Positions 28,867-38,608 of a stretch of 64,000 nucleotides of DNA are shown piece by piece. Numbering within the stretch: position 1 is the stretch's first letter; every line of letters starts with the position of its first letter. The notes beneath the pieces are model-generated. The model did no database searches and was not told the DNA's origin. It was given only the letters and a program-made list of their open reading frames with translations. This stretch comes from Candidatus Heimdallarchaeum endolithica (GTDB lineage: Archaea; Asgardarchaeota; Heimdallarchaeia; Heimdallarchaeales; Heimdallarchaeaceae): NCBI GenBank assembly GCA_021513715.1, contig CP084167.1:3232001-3296000 (forward strand), written 5' to 3'. A program made the translations under genes and the position numbers.

Positions 28867-28908
28867 ATTTATTTGATACTTTAGTATAAAAAGAACAGAG
28901 AGATAAAA

Positions 28909-29745
28909 ATGGACATTGCAATTGTTACTGATACAAGTAGAGCATTACCTCCTAATCTTTACAAATTATATAACATCTACCCTCTAGGTTACTATTTAGA
29001 GGATTACAAAGGTAAAATTTTTGAAGAAAGAGTTAGTGCCCAAGAAGTTCAAACAGAAAAACTTCTTACAATTGCTGAAAAAGATAAAAATGCTCAGTTT
29101 TATTCTCCAACTGTAAAAGACTTTGTTGAATTATATACTTTCTTAGAAGAAGAATTTGATCATATAATTAGTTTTCACTCCTCATTGTTTACTCCAATAG
29201 TTTTTGAAAATGCAATATTAGCAAAAAAAGTGGTCTCTGATATAACTGTTGATATCTTGGATACTTATTCTTTTGAATCATCTTCTGGATTAATTCTAAA
29301 TCAGTTAGCTAAAAAAATCCAAGATGCAGAGTCAATTAATGAAATAAGAAAAGAAAGTTTTTCTCTTCATGCTAGAACACATAGTCAATTATTAACAAAA
29401 AATGATCAATTAAATAAAATAGGATTAAGGAGAGTCACATTTCTTTCAAATATAAAATCAGCTTTTGTTCCTTGGAATCTTTATCTGTTTAAGCAAAGTA
29501 ACTGGGATTTAGCTAAAAACTCTCGTTCAATGAAGTCTCTTCAATCTGAAATGGAAACAAGACTAATCTCTCTGGAAAAATCAAAAGATCTGAAATTCTG
29601 CTATTATTCATCCTCAAAGAAGTTAAACAAAGAAGTAGAGGGACTTTTAGAAAAGTTAGATAATCTATATGTTGAAAAAACACCTCAATCTTTAGTTTCT
29701 TATTTTCTAACTTCAGAATACTCAATGAATATTTCAGTTCTTTAA
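28909..29745 (+). CDS. DegV/FakB family protein, degenerate
   Basis: IAIVTDTS..LP, SPT, DILDT; lacks the GGR and HTG motifs. Confidence 0.75.
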   Translation: MDIAIVTDTSRALPPNLYKLYNIYPLGYYLEDYKGKIFEERVSAQEVQTEKLLTIAEKDKNAQFYSPTVKDFVELYTFLEEEFDHIISFHSSLFTPIVFENAILAKKVVSDITVDILDTYSFESSSGLILNQLAKKIQDAESINEIRKESFSLHARTHSQLLTKNDQLNKIGLRRVTFLSNIKSAFVPWNLYLFKQSNWDLAKNSRSMKSLQSEMETRLISLEKSKDLKFCYYSSSKKLNKEVEGLLEKLDNLYVEKTPQSLVSYFLTSEYSMNISVL

Positions 29746-30539
29746 CTATTTTCTTTAATTATCCTTATTCCATAAAAATTTGCAACATTTTCTGTTGTAA
29801 TATCTGCTAGTTTTTTTGTATCTATTCCCTTTAACATTGCTGCTTTTTTTGCTGATATAGAAATGGCAGCAGGTTCATTTTTTTCTCCTTTTTTTAAACT
29901 ATGATATGGACTATCAGTTTCAAACATTAGTTGTCTTTCAGGGATTAGTGATAGAATCTTTTGGAAGTTTTTTCTATAAACCAAACTTGTAGGGACTGTG
30001 ATGAACCAACCATTATCAACTACTTGTTTAATTTCGTTTTCTGTTCCTGTAAAACAGTGCATTAAGACGTTTTTTAGATTGTATGACTCGATAATGTCAA
30101 TTGCATCAGTTTCAGCAGCTCGAGAATGAATTACTATTGGTTTATTTTTTTCTTCAGCAAGTTCAATAAGACGCTTAAAGAATAATTTTTGTTCTTTTCT
30201 TTTTTCTTCTTCTTTCACCCAATAGTAGTCCAACCCTATTTCGCCAATAGCAACTACAAATTCTAAATTATTTAATAAAAATTCTTCAATTTTTTTGAAT
30301 TTTTCTTCTTCTACTTCTGTTGGTTGCATTCCTATAGATAAGTAAACAACTTGATTCTTTGTTAAAGATAATCCAAATTCAAAGTGATTTGGATTTAAGA
30401 TGCTATTTACAATTATTAATACGTTTTTTGATTTAGCTCGCTGAATAACTCCGTTTATATCTTTTTTAGAGAAAAAGGGAGGGTAAAGATGACAATGTGC
30501 ATCTGCAAAGATTAATTCTTGGTCTGACATATGTTTCAC
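29742..30539 (-). CDS. tatD: TatD family DNase
   Basis: DAHCH, AIGEIGLDY, IHSR, HCFTG, ETDSPY. Confidence 0.93.
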   Translation of the reverse strand: MKHMSDQELIFADAHCHLYPPFFSKKDINGVIQRAKSKNVLIIVNSILNPNHFEFGLSLTKNQVVYLSIGMQPTEVEEEKFKKIEEFLLNNLEFVVAIGEIGLDYYWVKEEEKRKEQKLFFKRLIELAEEKNKPIVIHSRAAETDAIDIIESYNLKNVLMHCFTGTENEIKQVVDNGWFITVPTSLVYRKNFQKILSLIPERQLMFETDSPYHSLKKGEKNEPAAISISAKKAAMLKGIDTKKLADITTENVANFYGIRIIKENS

Positions 30540-31516
30540 TAGTTACAAATTATATCCTTTAGTTTCTTTAGCATTTTGATTCCTCGAATTTCTTGATTAA
30601 AAGCTTCAACAGTAGTTATATCGTGATTAGGAAAAGCTTGTCTGATATATTCTAAGTTAGCTAAATGCTCTTTTCTCCTATTCATACAGTAAGGACAACT
30701 TTTATTTTCTGGGTTTATTTGATTAACAACTATTTCTCTGTTTGGAATATAATGCTCTTTTAATTCTTCAAATAGACGCTCTGACTCAAAAATAGACATA
30801 AGAGTAGGGATTCCTACGATTATAAATTGCGTTTTCTCCTCATCCATTAATGTCTCTCTTGCTACAAGTATTTTCTCTTTTAATTTTTCTAAGTTCTCTA
30901 TTGTTCTGTCTTTTTCTACATTTCCACCAAAAAAAGACTTGATCATTGCCATTGTGTTTGAAATGAATGTCTTCATTTTCAGCATTCTACCAATGAATGA
31001 GTCTAAAAATTCTGGAATGTTAAGTAGTCTCAGTGTGTGCCCAGTGGGTGCAGTATCAAGTACAATTGTATCAAATTCTTCATTATCTGCATATTCAAGG
31101 ATTTTAGCAAAAGAAAGAGCTTCATCCATTCCAGGAGGAGGAATCGATTTTATATCTTGATCTATCCCTCTCATCGCTTCCATTCCAGGAATAGACATTA
31201 GACTTGAAAATTGTTCAGCATCAAAGGAATCTCCTAGAGCTTTTGTTAATTCATCTCCTGTAGATTCAGGGTTGATTTCTAAAGCATATAGCTCTCCTTT
31301 TACACCTTTTACTTTTGTTACAGTTCCAGAAGAAAAATCTAAGTCGAAAGAGTCTGAAATACTATGTGCAGGATCAGTTGAAACTAGTAAAGTTTTCTTT
31401 CCCTCTTCAGCTAGAGCTATTGAAATTGCAGAAGCTATTGATGTTTTTCCTACTCCTCCTTTTCCTCCAACTAAGATGAACTTAAGGTCTTTTTCTAATA
31501 AATCCTTGATTGTCAT
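30539..31516 (-). CDS. Get3/TRC40 (ArsA superfamily) ATPase
   Basis: GGKGGVGKT, STDPAH, DTAPTGH, Met-rich helical insert, CPYC motif; single ATPase domain. Confidence 0.85.
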   Translation of the reverse strand: MTIKDLLEKDLKFILVGGKGGVGKTSIASAISIALAEEGKKTLLVSTDPAHSISDSFDLDFSSGTVTKVKGVKGELYALEINPESTGDELTKALGDSFDAEQFSSLMSIPGMEAMRGIDQDIKSIPPPGMDEALSFAKILEYADNEEFDTIVLDTAPTGHTLRLLNIPEFLDSFIGRMLKMKTFISNTMAMIKSFFGGNVEKDRTIENLEKLKEKILVARETLMDEEKTQFIIVGIPTLMSIFESERLFEELKEHYIPNREIVVNQINPENKSCPYCMNRRKEHLANLEYIRQAFPNHDITTVEAFNQEIRGIKMLKKLKDIICN

Positions 31517-31627
31517 TGTTATAGTTAAAAAATTGACTCTTATTTAAAGATAAATATTAGTGATTGATAGAACTTTTAATCAAAATGAAAAAATCATAAA
31601 AATGAGAATAGACTAAAAAAAACGAAG

Positions 31628-32389
31628 TTATTTTCTGCGTTTTCTTTTCTTAATTTTTCTTTTTTGTTCTTGTTTAGTCTTTTGTGGTTTTTTGACTAAT
31701 GGAGAAATCTTTTTTGAACTTCTTCTTCGTTTATGGATTTTTTGTATAGCGAATAAATCAACAATAATTATAGCTGTAAATACTCCGATTATACCTAGTA
31801 CAAAGAAGAATAAGTTTAACCATTTTTCTGAATCGATAACTTCTACGTTTTCAGGTAAAATGACATGTAATGAATATCTTTGAGAGTATGACTTATACAT
31901 AACACTATTTTCATCATAGTAGTTTATTTCTGTGGCTTCTAAAGTAAAGTTCCCTTCAACTAGTGGTTGAATATAATAAGTGTAAACAAAGCTAGCATTT
32001 ATTTCAACTTGAATATACTTCTGTTTTGTCAAATTAAAAGTTGAAACTGCCCACTCCTCAAAGTTCGGTTCAGTAATGGAAAGATTGTAAGCTGTTCTAT
32101 TTCCAATATTTGTTATATTTAGATCTATCCTTATCCATTGTAAAGGTTCAAGTTCAGTAACATTAATGACTTTCTTTATAGCTAAAAGTGGTCTACTAGG
32201 TAATGTGTCATTTGTGTCATTTATTGCTAAATATGGTCGGTAATAATTTCTTCCTAGTTCCTGTGCTTTTTGAACATTATTATTGTTTATTACAATGTTG
32301 GAACCATTAACAAATGAAGAATTTACAGCTAAAACTAACATCACAATCAATACAAATCGTAAATACTTTCTTTCGGGCATATGTTTCAT
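31628..32389 (-). CDS. TRAP-beta (SSR2)/BatD-like type I membrane protein
   Basis: Signal peptide; Ig-like LLAIKK..NITNIGNRTAYNLSI.E..F..YTYYIQPLVEGNF; one TM, basic tail; many N-x-S/T sequons. Confidence 0.65.
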   Translation of the reverse strand: MKHMPERKYLRFVLIVMLVLAVNSSFVNGSNIVINNNNVQKAQELGRNYYRPYLAINDTNDTLPSRPLLAIKKVINVTELEPLQWIRIDLNITNIGNRTAYNLSITEPNFEEWAVSTFNLTKQKYIQVEINASFVYTYYIQPLVEGNFTLEATEINYYDENSVMYKSYSQRYSLHVILPENVEVIDSEKWLNLFFFVLGIIGVFTAIIIVDLFAIQKIHKRRRSSKKISPLVKKPQKTKQEQKRKIKKRKRRK

Positions 32390-32586
32390 TATCCTTTTAT
32401 TGCTTATGGAGCATGAAATAATCTCGTTTAAATATTTTGCTCTTGGAACTAGAAATAAGGTATGCTTTATTTGTTTTATCCTCTACTTTTTTTCCAATAT
32501 TGTAGTATCCTAATAATTTTTAGAATCAAAGTATTTTATGATAAAAGAACATAGTAACAATTATAAAAAAGTGTATTTGTTTTAAA

Positions 32587-33486
32587 TTGAGAGCAATGAC
32601 TGTTAAAATTCTATGTGATACTAGTGCTGATTTGAATCAACCTAATGATCAAACAATTTATGACCAATATAACATTGGCACTTTTCCAATGCATGTTATT
32701 TTTGGGACAGATGATTATAGAGAGCTAGTTGATATAAAAACCTCAGAATTTAGAAAAAAAATCTATGAAACAGAAGTTCATCCTACTACTTCTCAACCGA
32801 CACAATTTGATATTTTAACACAATTTGAGAATTATGGGAAAGAATATGATGAAATAATTTCTTTTCATATTTCTTCTAAATTAAGTGGAAGTTATTCTAA
32901 TGCTAAAATAGCGAAAAGAATGTACGAAAAATCGAACAAAGAACATGCTAAAGTCTATTTAGTTGATAGTTTACTTGCAAGTTCTGCTTTTGGAATAGTT
33001 GTAGTTAAAGCAGCAAAAATGGCTGAAAAAGGTTTGTCTGGACAAGAAATAGTTGATGAAGTAAATAAATGGAAAAAAAATAACATTGTTGTTTATTTTA
33101 CAGTAGAAAACTTGGAGTGGTTATATCGCGGAGGTAGATTAAGTAAGACTAAATATTATTTAGGTAGTATGTTAAACAAAAAACCAGTATTAACATTAGT
33201 TGATGGAGAAATAGTAAGTGCTAAAACTGTTTCAGGAATAGAAAAAACTTTTGATACAATAATTGATCTCGCTTTTAGCAGATTTCAAGGAGTAGAGCAA
33301 GAAAGATTAATGTTCAACTTAATAGAATTTGACTATAAGGATGTAGTTGAAAACGTAATTCAAAAAACCAAAAATAAGTATCCTGATGCAAAAGAAGGAA
33401 AAGTGTTTGAAATGGGTGGAACAATTGCATCTCATACTGGTCCAAAAACTTTAGGATTTATTGTCTCCAAAGATTTTGATTTTTGA
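32587..33486 (+). CDS. DegV/FakB fatty-acid-binding protein
   Basis: DTSADL, TTSQP, ISSKLSGS, RGGR, HTGP; likely start 32596. Confidence 0.92.
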   Translation: MRAMTVKILCDTSADLNQPNDQTIYDQYNIGTFPMHVIFGTDDYRELVDIKTSEFRKKIYETEVHPTTSQPTQFDILTQFENYGKEYDEIISFHISSKLSGSYSNAKIAKRMYEKSNKEHAKVYLVDSLLASSAFGIVVVKAAKMAEKGLSGQEIVDEVNKWKKNNIVVYFTVENLEWLYRGGRLSKTKYYLGSMLNKKPVLTLVDGEIVSAKTVSGIEKTFDTIIDLAFSRFQGVEQERLMFNLIEFDYKDVVENVIQKTKNKYPDAKEGKVFEMGGTIASHTGPKTLGFIVSKDFDF

Positions 33487-33550
33487 TTTTTTTTGATTTT
33501 CTTTTTTGGAAAAAGATTTATTCAACACATTTTAAGTTAGTTTGAAATAG

Positions 33551-34459
33551 ATGACAATAAAGATTTTGTGTGATACATCAGCTGATCTTGTCTTACATCC
33601 AAATAAGCCATTGTATGATTCTCTAGATGTTGGAATCCTTCCTATGAAGGTTTTCTTTGATAAAAATGATACTTTTTTAGAACAAAAAAATATTAGTAAT
33701 ATACAATTTTATGAATTAATAAAACTATCTCAAACTCAACCTAAAACCTCTCCTCCTGCAGCTGATGATATTTTTAAGGAATTTCAAAGATATGGAAAAG
33801 AATATGATGAGCTGATTTCTTTACACATTTCTAAGGATTTAAGCCATACATATATTAATGCTGTTGAAGCTAAAAAAAGATATTTAAAAACTGAATCAAA
33901 TCCTGCTAGAATAAATATTATTCATAGTGGTGTAGCCAGTCTACCTCTAGGAAAACTAGTGCTCAAAGCAGTTGAACTCAAAAATAAAGGTTATGAAGTT
34001 TCAGAGATTATAAAACAGCTATACTCTTGGAAAGAAAATAGTGTTAAATCTGCTTTTACTGTTAAGGATTTAAACTGGTTATACGAAGGAGGAAGACTAA
34101 CAAGGTCTCAGAAAACAATAGGTACAATACTAAACAAGAAACCGGTGCTCACTTTTGATCATGGAAAAATCAATGTTATAGGTTACTCAACAGGTCTGGA
34201 ACGAACATTGCGATTTATGGTTAAATATCTTATATCCAAGATGGAAGAAGAGAAAATGAATAAACTTACAATGTCTTTTATTACTGCACATAATTTTGGG
34301 TTAATAGACGACTTTTCAAGAGTTATAAAAAAAGAATTTCCAAAAATTAATTTAGGTCCTAAATTTGAGCTAGGTGCAACAATTACTAGTCATACAGGAA
34401 TGGAAACAATAGGTTTTGTAATTTCTCGTGACTTGAAATTAGATACTCTAATAAAATAA
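33551..34459 (+). CDS. DegV/FakB fatty-acid-binding protein
   Basis: DTSADL, KTSPP, EGGR, HTGM. Confidence 0.9.
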   Translation: MTIKILCDTSADLVLHPNKPLYDSLDVGILPMKVFFDKNDTFLEQKNISNIQFYELIKLSQTQPKTSPPAADDIFKEFQRYGKEYDELISLHISKDLSHTYINAVEAKKRYLKTESNPARINIIHSGVASLPLGKLVLKAVELKNKGYEVSEIIKQLYSWKENSVKSAFTVKDLNWLYEGGRLTRSQKTIGTILNKKPVLTFDHGKINVIGYSTGLERTLRFMVKYLISKMEEEKMNKLTMSFITAHNFGLIDDFSRVIKKEFPKINLGPKFELGATITSHTGMETIGFVISRDLKLDTLIK

Positions 34460-34579
34460 TCGGTTCTAACTCTATTTATTGTGAATAGAATATATTTAGA
34501 ATTAGAATTTGCAATTTTTAGGAGCTTTTTTTCTTAAAAAAGATTTAAAAAAAAGTGTTTTATTTACAATTGAAAACAA

Positions 34580-35470
34580 ATGACAGTAAAGATAATGACT
34601 GATAGTGCAGCAGATATTCCTGAATATTTACTAAAGGAGAATGATATATCTACAGTTCCTACAGTAATCAGATTTGGTGATGACGTTTACTATGAAAATA
34701 AAGATATAACATTGGAACGATACTATGAACTCTTTCACACTCATCCAGTTCCTCCTCAAACAGCTAATCCTACTTTAGCTGATGATTTTGAGTTATACAA
34801 AAAACTAGGCGAAGAAGCTGATGAAGTAATAAATATAGTTATTTCTAGTGGTATCTCTGGTTCGTTTAACACTTCTAATGCTGCTTTGAAAATGTATGAA
34901 AAGAGAGTAAAGGATAGTGCAAAAGTATATGTTTTTGATTCTCATTTTGCTACAATGGGTATAGGTGTCCAAGCTCTAAAGGCTGCAGAGATGGCTAAAG
35001 AGGGGTATAATGCAACAGAAATACTTGCAATGTTAGAAGAGTATAGAGAAAAACTAGCTGTTGCTTTTACTGTAGATAATTTAGAGTATCTACACAGAGG
35101 AGGTAGATTGTCTAAATCTAAATTCTGGATAGCAAAATTAGCTGACTTACATCCTGTGATCACTTTTATAGATGGAAAAATGGAAGTAGAAAAAACATCA
35201 AGAGGATACGATAATGCAATGGAAAAAGCTTTTGATCTATCTTGGGAGAAAATAAACAAAGCTAAAAAATTCAATGCTTATATTTGCTACGGAGAAAATA
35301 AAGATCATGCTCTCTATATGAGAGATTATATTCAAGATAAAATAGATGCTGAATATAATATTGAAATATATCAAGTAGGTGCAACAATAATTACACACAC
35401 AGGCCCAGAAGTAAGTGGGATATTGCTTGATCCTTACAATGAAAAGCTCTATAAAGCATCTAATAAATAG
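34580..35470 (+). CDS. DegV/FakB fatty-acid-binding protein
   Basis: TDSAADI, QTANP, ISSGISGS, LHRGGR, HTGP. Confidence 0.92.
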   Translation: MTVKIMTDSAADIPEYLLKENDISTVPTVIRFGDDVYYENKDITLERYYELFHTHPVPPQTANPTLADDFELYKKLGEEADEVINIVISSGISGSFNTSNAALKMYEKRVKDSAKVYVFDSHFATMGIGVQALKAAEMAKEGYNATEILAMLEEYREKLAVAFTVDNLEYLHRGGRLSKSKFWIAKLADLHPVITFIDGKMEVEKTSRGYDNAMEKAFDLSWEKINKAKKFNAYICYGENKDHALYMRDYIQDKIDAEYNIEIYQVGATIITHTGPEVSGILLDPYNEKLYKASNK

Positions 35471-35476
35471 GATTGT

Positions 35477-36205
35477 ATGTTATCCTTTGATGCTTTTTTC
35501 TTTGACTTAGATGGAACATTAATAGATTTCAATCCTAATGAATTTGTGAAAATCTATTTAGGAGCTGCTGCAAGGTATTTCAAGGATTTGATACCAGATA
35601 GTGATTATTTTGTTAAATCAATATTAGATTCAACAAAAGTAATGGAAATGGCAGATACTCCAAAAAAATTAGCGTTATATGATTTCTTTGATGATTTTTG
35701 TCAAAAATTCAATCTTGATTGTTCTACTATAATCCAGAGATTTAGGAATTTTTATAATACTGACTTTAATGTAGTAGAAAAAATTATTCACCCCATCCCA
35801 CATGCTGAAAAAGTTCTTTTATTTATTAGAGACAATTATCCAACAAGTAAAATTGTTTTATCTACTAATCCAGTTTTTCCAGAGGTGGCTATAGTTAAAA
35901 GATTAAACTGGGGGGGATTATCAGAAAATCTATTTGATTATATTACCAACGCTGAGAATAGTTATTATTGTAAAGGTTCTCTAAATTATTGGATAGAACT
36001 AGCAAAAAAACTTAATGTAAAACCTGAAAAAACATTAGTTATAGGGAATGATGGTGCGCGCGATATGATTGCTAAAAAGGCAGGTTTCAAAACTTACTTC
36101 TTAATACAAACAGCTGAAAATGAGCATTCATTGGAAAAGTACCCTCCAGACTATAAAGGGAGTTTAGCATCACTATTGGATTTATTAAACAAAAAGAAAG
36201 ACTAA
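35477..36205 (+). CDS. HAD-superfamily hydrolase
   Basis: FDLDGTL, STNP, IGND...D. Confidence 0.9.
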   Translation: MLSFDAFFFDLDGTLIDFNPNEFVKIYLGAAARYFKDLIPDSDYFVKSILDSTKVMEMADTPKKLALYDFFDDFCQKFNLDCSTIIQRFRNFYNTDFNVVEKIIHPIPHAEKVLLFIRDNYPTSKIVLSTNPVFPEVAIVKRLNWGGLSENLFDYITNAENSYYCKGSLNYWIELAKKLNVKPEKTLVIGNDGARDMIAKKAGFKTYFLIQTAENEHSLEKYPPDYKGSLASLLDLLNKKKD

Positions 36206-36246
36206 TAAGTCCTAAAAATAGCTTTTTCTTAGTTTATTAAATTGGG

Positions 36247-36327
36247 ATTTCATTCGCCTATGATGATGCAACGGTCTGCGATTCGAGAGAAAATGAACGC
36301 TGATGGGCGGGCTGAGGCGAATTAAAT
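36247..36327 (+). ncRNA. box C/D guide sRNA; D guide predicted to direct SSU rRNA Cm1402
   Basis: Box C ATGATGA at 36260-36266, box D CTGA at 36312-36315, 12-bp terminal stem with one mismatch (ATTTCATTCGCC / GGCGAATTAAAT); GC-rich island in an AT-rich spacer. Confidence 0.85.
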
Positions 36328-36362
36328 ATTTTATTTAATTAAAAAAAAAGAAAGATTTTTTC

Positions 36363-38072
36363 TTATTCTTTCACTGTTTCGATAATTTCTTTATATTTGT
36401 AAAAAGCTAGTCTCTTGTGTCCATTTTCTGCTACTAATCCATTTAAATTAGCAGTGATGGTTCTGTCCATTAGAGGGTCACATATAAAACCAGTTATCTT
36501 CTGGTTATTTACTATTATTTCTAGTTGTCTAGCTAATGTTCCCGCTTGAATTCTTTCTCCATACATCATAGGTGAAAAACTAGTTGAACTAATCCACAAA
36601 GTCTTATTGGCTTGTTCTGTCACATTTAGGTATTCATTAAAATTAAGGTCTCTGTCTTGATAAACGTAAATATTAATTATTGCTAAATCAATTGTTGTAG
36701 AGTTCCATAAACCATCAAATAATCCATTGTCAATATCGTCTAATGTTACAGAAACTGCAACTTTTGTTTTATTAGAAAGAGAATGAATTAAGTTCGCTGT
36801 ATTATTTATTGTAAGTGTCCAATCATTGTTAGTTATGCTTTCTTCAGGGTCCATGAAATAAGTTTGAAAAACAATTGGCTGGGGATAGATTACAAGATAA
36901 TCTGGTTCATAATTTTCAACAATCATTTGAGCCTCCATTTCTATTGTTCTACTGTAGTTTTCAAATGACTCGTAGGGATAGCTCCATGAAGCATTTCCAT
37001 AGGCAAAAAGAGCAATTTTTAATCCTTCTGATTTAAGTACGTTAAGCATATTACCAAAAGATGTTTGATTTGCTAGAATAATATCTGTTAGTACATCAAT
37101 AGATACTGTATCTACTCCTAGTTCTTTTATAAGATCAAGTTCAAGAGAAAAAATTTCTTCATAGTTTGAAGGTAAAAAGGTTTGAAAGCTTCCTGTTCTG
37201 AGCGAAACAGCAAAATTGAAGTCATCTCTTTGTGAATATATTGGTTGATAGTTCCTTGAAGTATATTGACTTAAAGATGATAATACTCCCACTCCAATCA
37301 TACTAAATATTATTAAAAATAAGACAATGAAAACAAAGATACCTTTTACTCCATTATTAAGGAAAGTACCTATTCCTCTTTTTTGTTTTTTCTCTTCTAC
37401 TTTTTCTATTCTTTCAAGAAAAACAGTGCTTTTCTTTTTTGAAGCTTTTTCTCCTTTCGCTTTCTTTTCTTTTATTTCTGTTTTAGAAACTTTTTTCTCT
37501 TCTTCTTCTTCTGAATTTTTTATTTTTCCTTTTTCAAATAAATCAATAGGGATTGCTATTGGAATTAATACAAATAGTGGATACCAATAAGCTGTTCCTC
37601 CAGTGAAAAATAGAGCTTCAAGTAGTCCATATGAGATGGAAGGTATTGTTATAATCCAATTTAGAAAACGTGGAAGGTTGAAAGCAGTGTAAGAAGCGAT
37701 CACATTTAGTAATATTAGAGTAGAATACAAAGCCATAAAACTGAAAATTATTCCCCCCATACGTTTTAGAAAATCTGTTTCACTCTTAAAAATGTAGACC
37801 GTAGCAATAATGTTGTTTATTGATAGAAAAAGAAAACCAAAAAAGCCTAGAAAACCTGTAGAAGGTAAGTATAATCTTATGAACCATATGAAAGAAGATA
37901 ACGTTCCGATTGAAATTAGTGCAGATGAAACTAAAGACCAAATAAACTGTTTATCTCTTTTCTTTCTTGAAAAACCCTTGTAAAGTGTTTTTACCACTAT
38001 TATCATATTAAAAATAAATGCGAGAAATATTAGTACTATCGCACCATTTGTCCCAAGTAAAGCTGCCATCAA
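36363..38072 (-). CDS. membrane protein with extracellular glycoside-hydrolase-like TIM barrel
   Basis: About 5-6 N-terminal TMs, charged loop, TM, then LDLIKELGVDTV..GLKI..NGLV..G.KR.AF. Confidence 0.6.
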   Translation of the reverse strand: MMAALLGTNGAIVLIFLAFIFNMIIVVKTLYKGFSRKKRDKQFIWSLVSSALISIGTLSSFIWFIRLYLPSTGFLGFFGFLFLSINNIIATVYIFKSETDFLKRMGGIIFSFMALYSTLILLNVIASYTAFNLPRFLNWIITIPSISYGLLEALFFTGGTAYWYPLFVLIPIAIPIDLFEKGKIKNSEEEEEKKVSKTEIKEKKAKGEKASKKKSTVFLERIEKVEEKKQKRGIGTFLNNGVKGIFVFIVLFLIIFSMIGVGVLSSLSQYTSRNYQPIYSQRDDFNFAVSLRTGSFQTFLPSNYEEIFSLELDLIKELGVDTVSIDVLTDIILANQTSFGNMLNVLKSEGLKIALFAYGNASWSYPYESFENYSRTIEMEAQMIVENYEPDYLVIYPQPIVFQTYFMDPEESITNNDWTLTINNTANLIHSLSNKTKVAVSVTLDDIDNGLFDGLWNSTTIDLAIINIYVYQDRDLNFNEYLNVTEQANKTLWISSTSFSPMMYGERIQAGTLARQLEIIVNNQKITGFICDPLMDRTITANLNGLVAENGHKRLAFYKYKEIIETVKE

Positions 38073-38176
38073 TTTGTTTCTTAGTAAATATCTATTAAAA
38101 TGTTGGGTTTCGCTTCATTTTTAGCCTTTTGAAAAATTTTGGTGCTTAAATAGTACGGTGACAGAGTACACTGAAA

Positions 38177-38551
38177 GTGTTGGCTATGTTCACTTATGAG
38201 CTAGAGGACGAATACTTAACATTCATCAAAGAGAGCATAAAGGAACATGTATTTCAATTACTTGATGAAAATAATGGAAAAATATCTCTAATGAAATTAT
38301 TTGAGAAAATGATTCACATAAATAATCATTATTTGGCTCAGAAATTGAGAATCGATGCAGTATTACAAGAATTAGAACTACAAGGGATAATCGAAATAAA
38401 AAATAGGGAGATAAGAAGATTATCAATGGGAGTGTTTGATGAAACTGGCTTTAAAGAAGAATATGTGAAAAACTTTTATGAAAAGAGAAAAAAAGATGAA
38501 GAAATAAAAGAAATAATTAGAGTTCTTAGCCAAACTATACTTTCAGAATAA
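38177..38551 (+). CDS. hypothetical protein, winged-helix-like
   Basis: VLQELELQGIIEI wing pattern. Confidence 0.55.
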   Translation: MLAMFTYELEDEYLTFIKESIKEHVFQLLDENNGKISLMKLFEKMIHINNHYLAQKLRIDAVLQELELQGIIEIKNREIRRLSMGVFDETGFKEEYVKNFYEKRKKDEEIKEIIRVLSQTILSE

Positions 38552-38608
38552 AAAAAAATTTTTTACTAAAAGTTTTTATTTTGAAATCAGTAATAGTTCT
38601 ATGATATT

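Noticed and set aside
30539-31516. Arsenite efflux ATPase ArsA
   Set aside because: Single domain with Get3-type insert and CxxC; no arsB/C/D/R nearby
36247-36327. tRNA or simple terminator
   Set aside because: No cloverleaf or TTCRA T-loop geometry; the C/D boxes and terminal stem explain it better
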